Of a stretch of 64,000 nucleotides of DNA, positions 57,583 through 64,000 are shown in pieces. The stretch is from Taibaiella sp. Its GTDB lineage: Bacteria; Bacteroidota; Bacteroidia; Chitinophagales; Chitinophagaceae. The position numbers and the translations under genes are program-made. The number at the start of each line of letters is the position of its first letter. Position 1 is the stretch's first letter. The stretch is from NCBI GenBank assembly GCA_041660405.1, contig JBAZWL010000019.1, positions 9,792 to 73,791 on the forward strand. Reading direction: 5' to 3'. The notes beneath the pieces were generated by a model that searched no databases, was not told the origin of the DNA, and worked only from the letters and a program-made list of their open reading frames with translations.

Positions 57583-58127
57583 GCAATTTTAAAAATATCA
57601 ACACCCGTTTACTTAGCGGAATTATTTGGGTTACATTTGTTCAATGATTTTATGTACCTAGTTAAGTATAATTTTCAATTCACTACCTTATTCTGAATAT
57701 AATTTTATTATTTTCATGGCAACCTTCCTGTACTTATCTTTGCGCTATTCTCCTCCTGGAGAATATATCTAGAACAGGTGACTAAATTCGCGGCCCAATT
57801 ATCATCTGCCTTCTTTCGATATGATCTAAATATCCTAGTTATCATTCCGGACTAAAACTACAATTTGCCGGTGGTAAGATGCGACCTGATATCACAAGAA
57901 CTATCCCCTGTTCCAGAAAACAAAGATGGGAAACTGATTGTCCAACTGGACATCATACAAAGCAACAGCATGGTGGAAGCAGCCAGCAAGATACTCAAAT
58001 ACCGTTTCCTATGTACAAAGCAGTCGTAGACACCAATCATTTGATCAACGCACTGGACGATCCTACTTTGTAAGCCGGAATTGCTACAACAGATACACCC
58101 GTATCTTTATAGCGAAACAACTATAGC

Positions 58128-59297
58128 TCAGGATAATACCTTCTGAACATGAGCACAGGAAAAACCCGCTCCTGTTGTCATTCCTTTACCGCCAATACCG
58201 GTAACAATATGGATGCGGTTCTCTATAGTATGCTGATAGATTTCCTTTTGCGGATGTTGGGCGTAGAAGCCTGTCCAGTTACGGGCTATAGACCAGTCAT
58301 TAAGGTCAAGTATTCGTTTCGCCTCCCTTAGTATAATATCGTTAATCGCCATCTCATTATAGAAAATACCCAGGTCATCCTGATCAGCTATAGGTGCGTA
58401 TTCATGTGAGTCCCCTATGATGATACTGCCGTCCTCTCTTTGTTTGAAAAGGATATGAATACCGAAATCCCTGCAATCCTGTGGCACATCGGCACTATCC
58501 AGTTTTTTGTACGCAGCAGTCGTCGTAAAGCTTTCATATCTTCGGATAGTTAGTCCAGTCAGTATATTACCTGGCAAATGCACATGGGGAAGTGGCTTGG
58601 TAGACATCATATTCAACTTGGAAACAACCAGCCCGCTTTCCATGAACAACTCTGGAAAAAGTATTTTAAAATCACGTCCGGAACACACAAAACAATGTTC
58701 CGAGGTATAGGTCATTTTATCGGCAGTAGTTACGGTACATTTTCCGGCATTGGTCGTTACATCAATTACAGCACAATGGGTACGGTACGAGAAAGCCTCT
58801 TTAAACTTTAGACTAAGATATTCCTGTACCTTATGGATCATTAACTCGGGTTCTGCGGAAATTTCCTGCGGAAAGAACAATGCCCCTTTGGCATAACCAG
58901 TTTGCAATACCGCATACTTTTCTATTACTTGTTCTTTCGTCCATAAATTACTATCGTAACCGGAATGGCTAAAACGGGCATGTATTTCTTCCAGCACTGC
59001 TACTTCCGAATCCGTTGATGCAATATAACAAGAACCGTTATTCCTGATACCTATGTTGTATTCCTGTTGTATCTCCCGGTAAATAGCAGTGGCTATCCTG
59101 CCATAAGCATGCCATTCACCTTCGGGCGGGAGACCGGAAGGTACCACTTGTCCGAAATTGCGCACCGTAGCCTCCTGGGCACGCTTATCCTTTTCCAGCA
59201 AAAGTACTTTCTTCCCCATCTTCAATGCCTGGTAGGCGTGAAACGTGCCTAATGCACCTGCGCCCACCACTATAATATCAAATTGGTTGTAATTCAT
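58128..59297 (-). CDS. TIGR03364-like FAD-dependent oxidoreductase (DAO fold)
   Basis: VVGAGALG.FHA, ATVRNFGQV, LT.RRYESF, IIGDSHEY, GIGGKGMT. Confidence 0.82.
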   Translation of the reverse strand: MNYNQFDIIVVGAGALGTFHAYQALKMGKKVLLLEKDKRAQEATVRNFGQVVPSGLPPEGEWHAYGRIATAIYREIQQEYNIGIRNNGSCYIASTDSEVAVLEEIHARFSHSGYDSNLWTKEQVIEKYAVLQTGYAKGALFFPQEISAEPELMIHKVQEYLSLKFKEAFSYRTHCAVIDVTTNAGKCTVTTADKMTYTSEHCFVCSGRDFKILFPELFMESGLVVSKLNMMSTKPLPHVHLPGNILTGLTIRRYESFTTTAAYKKLDSADVPQDCRDFGIHILFKQREDGSIIIGDSHEYAPIADQDDLGIFYNEMAINDIILREAKRILDLNDWSIARNWTGFYAQHPQKEIYQHTIENRIHIVTGIGGKGMTTGAGFSCAHVQKVLS

Positions 59298-59328
59298 TAA
59301 ATTTTAGTTGAACATTATGGTAAAATCA

Positions 59329-59357
59329 CCCCATAAACTTGTTATGGGTTTATGGGG
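59329..59357. terminator. Hairpin between the LamG gene and the oxidoreductase
   Basis: CCCCATAAAC...GTTTATGGGG. Confidence 0.5.
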
Positions 59358-59376
59358 CAATTGTATATATCGTTAC

Positions 59377-61419
59377 CTACCTTTTTATGATCAGTTTTTT
59401 AATAATACTTTGTTTACCGCTCATTATCAGTTCTGCAAAATAGACTCCATCCGAAAAATCAGCAGTATTAAGTTGTGTTGAATTTCCTGCAACATCTTTT
59501 GTCATCAATACCTGTCCTACAATATTTTTCAACAGTATCCTGGTTATCGGTAATTCCTGTTCCCACGAAATAGTTACCTGGTTATGCGCAGGATTGGGAT
59601 ATAGTTTAATAACGTCAGGTTTGCTTACTGCAGTAACAGAAGAAGCACCTCCTGTAGTAGAAAAAGTGTAAGGACCCTGCCAGGGATTTAAACCCACAGA
59701 ACAACTATCCTGTATATAAAATGCATAAGCCGTACCCGGGGTCAATCCGGTCAGGATTCTTTGATGCTCATTGATCCGGGAAGCTAAAATACCCGTACCT
59801 ATACCAAACCCGGCCACCCCATATTCAATATTCCAGGTTGTTGCGTCTCCTGCCCAAGTCGCTTTTGCCGCATGGTCGGTAATATCTGTAACCTGTACAC
59901 TATCAACCTTCTCACAAGCCAGTGTTCTGAAGGTATAAGGTCCTTTCCAAAAGCTTACCTGGGTTGTATCGTTCGGGCAGACTTCCTGCACATAAAAGCT
60001 ATACAAAGTATTAAGAGCAAGCCCTGATAAGTGGTAACTGGTTGTATTTAGATTTTGCACCAATGTTCCTGCCATATCCGGATTAAAGAGCCCTGTACCA
60101 TACGATAGGTGCCAACGGTTTCCACCACCTGAAACCCACGTTACATCAGCATTGTGCCGATCCAGGTTCTGTACACCAAGTGCAGATGGTGTGTCGCAAG
60201 TAATATTATGGACAAAGTTGCCTACAATGACTTCATTCCTTCCAGTTTTATTATTAATCAGAAACTCGTTTCCATTGATATCTTTAATAGCCCCCCAGAC
60301 GCTCCATTGGGAATCGGCAGTCTCACGCCTGTACAAGTCAATCCCGCTATAATAGGTAACCGCACCAGGAAAAGTAGCATAATCATAAGTCATATTATAC
60401 TCCGTGGTATCCGACACGGGGAAAATACCAAAACATACACTGTCATTACCGAGGTTGGGAATTCCGCTGGCCGAGTTGAGGATACCGTTTATTCTGTAAA
60501 CATGAATACCCTTCATACTATTCCCCATATTGGAAAGTTTAAGTATACCGTTTGCCATTGAGCCAAGGGTAACCACCTGTCCGGAAAAGTTTATAAAGCT
60601 GTTGGAATAAAACAGGGAGGAAGTATCGCCAATAGCAGCGGCACTAAAAACCCTTTCAGGATTTCCCGACAAAGTACCTGTAAATAGACCAGCAGTGCTC
60701 AAAGTCAGGTTATTGGCAACACTACCGTCCGGCTCATCAAACCGATAATATGCTAATAAATCACTTTCATTGCCATTAAGCTTGCGACACATGTATTCCC
60801 TTATTTCATTTTCAGACCGTATATCTTTCCAAAACCTGACTTCATCCAGTTCGCATTTGATGCGATCGGGATATGCTCCGGCACCATCTTGCCCTAAACG
60901 TACAGGTAAAGCTGAAACCAATGTTTTACCCACATCGCCCGATATATCAACCGGTGTACCGACCGCAATGCCATCGACAAATGCAGTAATCAGCCCGCTT
61001 CTATCAACAAGGATGGCAATATGATTCCATCTTTCCGGCGATGCTATAGGAATATCAAAGTCGCGACGGGTACCACCTGCGGGTTTAAAATTGAACCTCA
61101 ATTTGTTGGGACCGCTTGCACGCCAACATAGGTTGAAACCTATATTCCCTCCACTGCTCCAATTCTTATTTGAAATAAGTGCTGGGTCTGAAGTAGGGTT
61201 ATTGAACTTAGCCCAAAACTCAATAGTGAAATTGGTAGTAGCCAATGAATCGGACAAGGCAGTACCCAGGTTAAAATGATCGTTAGATATATTATCTGAG
61301 AATAAAGCAGCTTTTCCCGCACCCTGTCCGAACGTACTAAGACTTCCTATTGCAAATAGCAGTATACAAGGAAGAAGATACTTGCTGCATTTAAAGAAAT
61401 ATTTTGTGTGGTTTTTCAT
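59377..61419 (-). CDS. T9SS-secreted LamG-like + FN3 protein
   Basis: Signal peptide; FTIEFW, WNHIA, LDEVRFW (LamG); two FN3-like repeats; LYPNPA...KKLIIKR CTD. Confidence 0.85.
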   Translation of the reverse strand: MKNHTKYFFKCSKYLLPCILLFAIGSLSTFGQGAGKAALFSDNISNDHFNLGTALSDSLATTNFTIEFWAKFNNPTSDPALISNKNWSSGGNIGFNLCWRASGPNKLRFNFKPAGGTRRDFDIPIASPERWNHIAILVDRSGLITAFVDGIAVGTPVDISGDVGKTLVSALPVRLGQDGAGAYPDRIKCELDEVRFWKDIRSENEIREYMCRKLNGNESDLLAYYRFDEPDGSVANNLTLSTAGLFTGTLSGNPERVFSAAAIGDTSSLFYSNSFINFSGQVVTLGSMANGILKLSNMGNSMKGIHVYRINGILNSASGIPNLGNDSVCFGIFPVSDTTEYNMTYDYATFPGAVTYYSGIDLYRRETADSQWSVWGAIKDINGNEFLINNKTGRNEVIVGNFVHNITCDTPSALGVQNLDRHNADVTWVSGGGNRWHLSYGTGLFNPDMAGTLVQNLNTTSYHLSGLALNTLYSFYVQEVCPNDTTQVSFWKGPYTFRTLACEKVDSVQVTDITDHAAKATWAGDATTWNIEYGVAGFGIGTGILASRINEHQRILTGLTPGTAYAFYIQDSCSVGLNPWQGPYTFSTTGGASSVTAVSKPDVIKLYPNPAHNQVTISWEQELPITRILLKNIVGQVLMTKDVAGNSTQLNTADFSDGVYFAELIMSGKQSIIKKLIIKR

Positions 61420-61586
61420 CTTTGTTCTGATTTATAGAATCAAATAATAGATTCCTAATTAGTTTATTGTTGTTAACTCGTAACCGGGTGTACATAAGAT
61501 TTTTTATCCCTGATCCGAATGATATAAATCCAGGTTATTTTATTGTAGCATGCCCAAGCTATACAATCAACGGAGCATAGGTGTAC

Positions 61587-63983
61587 CTAATCCAGTTTCA
61601 GAATTTTTTGCTGACATTTGAAATCATCTCCCCATACTTCGATAAAATACATAGCGTTCTTCAGGCTCGAAACATCAATAACCGCTTCCGTCTTTCCCTG
61701 CACATTCACGGAAAGCACCGGAAGCCCCAGACTGTTCTTTATATATATTTGTTGCAGTTTCTTGTCATCTGAAAGCAGAGAAATTTTTAAAACACCCTTA
61801 ACCGGGTTAGGATAAATCAGCACTTTAGCGTCATTGTCAGAGGTGGATACTATTGAAGTAGTTGCTACGGACGTATGGAATGTGTACGGACCAGACCATG
61901 GATTTGTTCCTGCATTACAGGATTCCTGCAAATAGTAAGCATATTCCCTGTCTGGCGTCAGCCCTGCAAATGAATATTTTGGCTCCGGAAGTCTCGACAA
62001 GGAATAGCCACTCCCTAATTCAAATCCAGCCTGCCCGTACTCAATATTCCAACTTGTGGCATCACTGACCCATGTAGCCTCTGCAGTGGTTGATGTAATA
62101 TTATTTGTACTTATATTGGTGGCTTTGTTACAAGATAGTGTCCTGTAAGTAAATGGCCCTACCCAATCACTGTTCAGGATACTTGCATTGGGACACTGGG
62201 CTCTTATATAAAAGTCGTAACTGAAATTAACAAAAAGATTATTCAATGCGAACCGCTTTTCCGTTACATCCTGTTCAATCCCTAGGGTTATATTACCAAA
62301 GCCTTGTGGGCCCCATACTACAGTATACCCTTCGGTTGCCACACCGTCATCTTCCCACTTCAGAACCATAGATGTCCTTGTAATACTATCTGCAATGATA
62401 CTATATGGCTCAGGACATACCGTCAATGTATTAAAATTGAAAGGCCCTACCCAAGCGCTGGTGTTATTAACCCCGCAGGAGTCCTTCATATAGAAATCAT
62501 AACTGGTTGCTAACGACAGATTGTCCAGGAACAATGAATCTGAGAAGGAAACAACACTATTACCCGTACCCGGAACGTATTGGTGCAATCCGTATTCTAT
62601 AATATGCGCAGGTGCTGTTGACTGCCATCTTAAGACCGCACTATTAGTGTCTATATCTGTTGCCGTGAGATTAACCGGCACAGGACAAGAAGGAGTAATA
62701 AAATCCGCCAAAATAAATTCCTCAACATTCCAGGTATGATAGCTTGACAGGTTATAAGTTATAGTATTGTTCAGTGCATCAGATTGAATCCAGGGACTGG
62801 CGCTATTATCCTGCCGGTGATACAAATGCAGGCTTGCTGCGTTTGCCACTGCATTCGGGTAGTTTGTATAATCATATTTCGCCTTGAAACCAGCATTATT
62901 ACCGGTAGCGTAAAGCACATCTACTACCGGAAAAACTCCAAAATACTGACTGGTAGTGCCTATATCATGAATAGACTGCGTATCATTGGGTGATCCATTT
63001 ATCCTGTACACCTGCATTCCCCAGGTATCATCAGAAATACTGTCAACAATAAGTGACCCCTGTCCCGGAGCAGCGATAGATAAGGAAGCCGTATCCCATA
63101 CATCAGGAAAATTATTCCATACCGTAGGAACATTACTTGTATCCGCATACATATAAACACTCTCATCACCTAAAGCTGCTCCACTTAAAATCCTTTCCGG
63201 GTTGTTCTCCAATGTACCCGTAAACTGCGTGACATAGTTGGTAGCACTGTTATCTATTATGCTACCCGTTGTTTCATCCATACGATAGTAGGCCAGAAGC
63301 CCAGCTTCATTACCCGAAAGTTTATGACACATATTAGCCCGCAACTGCTCTTTGGAGCGTGATGTTTTCCATATCCTTACTTCGTCAATGTCCATATCAG
63401 TCGAGTCGCCATATATTCCTGTTCCGTCACTTCCTAACCTTAATGGCAAACCAGCAGTTATAGACTTACCTGCATCCTGTGATATATCATAGTAAATACC
63501 TGTTTGCAATCCGTTAATATAACAAACAGCAAAACCGTTGCGGTCAATAGTCATGGCAAGGTGATTCCACTCTTGCGGATTAACAAATGGTACGCTGTAA
63601 TTGATACGGGTTCCCCCTTCTGGTCTAAAATGGAAACGGAGGTTATACCAGCCACCGGAGGGTCTCCAGGTCCAATAGATTCCAGGACTGTTTTCTTCAT
63701 CAATATCCTTATTGCCTAATAAAACCTGCAATTCGTTTACATTGTTCCAATGGATGCGCATTTTTACCCACATTTCTATTGTAAAATTAGAAGTAGCAAT
63801 AGAATCTGAGATTGCAGCACCCAGGTTCATATTACTTACTGTATTACCAGGTATACGGATAGCTCGCTGTGCCCCTTGTGCGGAAACCATACTGACATTG
63901 ACCGCCATGATACCGGTAAAGAACAAAGCAATAACAGCTACATAACGGAGATAATGGGCTGACTTATAGTTAATCTTTTTCAT
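61587..63983 (-). CDS. T9SS-secreted LamG-like + 3xFN3 protein, paralog of 59377..61419
   Basis: FTIEMW, WNHLA, IDEVRIW; three W.GP.TF.T FN3-like repeats; IYPNPV CTD. Confidence 0.85.
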   Translation of the reverse strand: MKKINYKSAHYLRYVAVIALFFTGIMAVNVSMVSAQGAQRAIRIPGNTVSNMNLGAAISDSIATSNFTIEMWVKMRIHWNNVNELQVLLGNKDIDEENSPGIYWTWRPSGGWYNLRFHFRPEGGTRINYSVPFVNPQEWNHLAMTIDRNGFAVCYINGLQTGIYYDISQDAGKSITAGLPLRLGSDGTGIYGDSTDMDIDEVRIWKTSRSKEQLRANMCHKLSGNEAGLLAYYRMDETTGSIIDNSATNYVTQFTGTLENNPERILSGAALGDESVYMYADTSNVPTVWNNFPDVWDTASLSIAAPGQGSLIVDSISDDTWGMQVYRINGSPNDTQSIHDIGTTSQYFGVFPVVDVLYATGNNAGFKAKYDYTNYPNAVANAASLHLYHRQDNSASPWIQSDALNNTITYNLSSYHTWNVEEFILADFITPSCPVPVNLTATDIDTNSAVLRWQSTAPAHIIEYGLHQYVPGTGNSVVSFSDSLFLDNLSLATSYDFYMKDSCGVNNTSAWVGPFNFNTLTVCPEPYSIIADSITRTSMVLKWEDDGVATEGYTVVWGPQGFGNITLGIEQDVTEKRFALNNLFVNFSYDFYIRAQCPNASILNSDWVGPFTYRTLSCNKATNISTNNITSTTAEATWVSDATSWNIEYGQAGFELGSGYSLSRLPEPKYSFAGLTPDREYAYYLQESCNAGTNPWSGPYTFHTSVATTSIVSTSDNDAKVLIYPNPVKGVLKISLLSDDKKLQQIYIKNSLGLPVLSVNVQGKTEAVIDVSSLKNAMYFIEVWGDDFKCQQKILKLD

Positions 63984-64000
63984 TGTTCTTTTTTTTGATT

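Noticed and set aside
57850-58126. Short overlapping ORFs between VIT1 and the oxidoreductase
   Set aside because: May be a decayed gene, but no family could be recognised in any frame
156-63945. Many 60-156 aa ORFs antisense to or overlapping confident genes
   Set aside because: Shadow frames of well-supported genes with no recognisable motifs
1-64000. CRISPR arrays, tRNA/rRNA genes, transposases or integrases
   Set aside because: No regularly spaced repeat-spacer array, RNA-gene pattern or DDE/tyrosine-recombinase ORF seen; the 22-bp periodic motifs are short, degenerate and promoter-linked

Overview
Bacteroidota-type chromosomal DNA (TAnnTTTG -7 promoter elements, T9SS C-terminal domains, CzcA-TolC fusion; Chitinophagales-like by inference). 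The first ~45.5 kb looks like a low-oxygen/dormancy island: three universal stress proteins, two triple-BON proteins, Hsp20, PEP synthase, an acetyl-CoA hydrolase/transferase, two P-type ATPases, an MlaDEF-type ABC system, an ATP-cone nuclease and many hypotheticals. About 20 of its promoters share one geometry: an FNR-like palindrome (WTGAY-N4-RTCAW) 22 nt (twice 23 nt) upstream of a TAnnTTTG-like element, usually with a second box 22 bp further up. The likely cognate regulator pair is a FixL-like PAS histidine kinase plus a REC-Crp/Fnr hybrid response regulator (30.0-32.7 kb). The 13.4-15.5 kb segment is a collapsed duplicate of 22.5-32.7 kb, with reciprocal gene loss and an in-frame PAS::Crp-HTH chimera. 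Between the copies lie an unusual operon (methyltransferase-SulP-GcvH-like-methyltransferase-XRE) and a patch of foreign fragments around an RNase HI-Zn-ribbon gene. The right end carries a PLP decarboxylase, a thioredoxin-ApbE-DUF4266-DUF3570 cluster, a metal-efflux operon with a possible arrest-peptide leader, VIT1, a TIGR03364-like oxidoreductase and two T9SS LamG/FN3 proteins. No rRNA, tRNA, CRISPR array or transposase was seen. All family calls come from motif recognition by eye, not from database searches.
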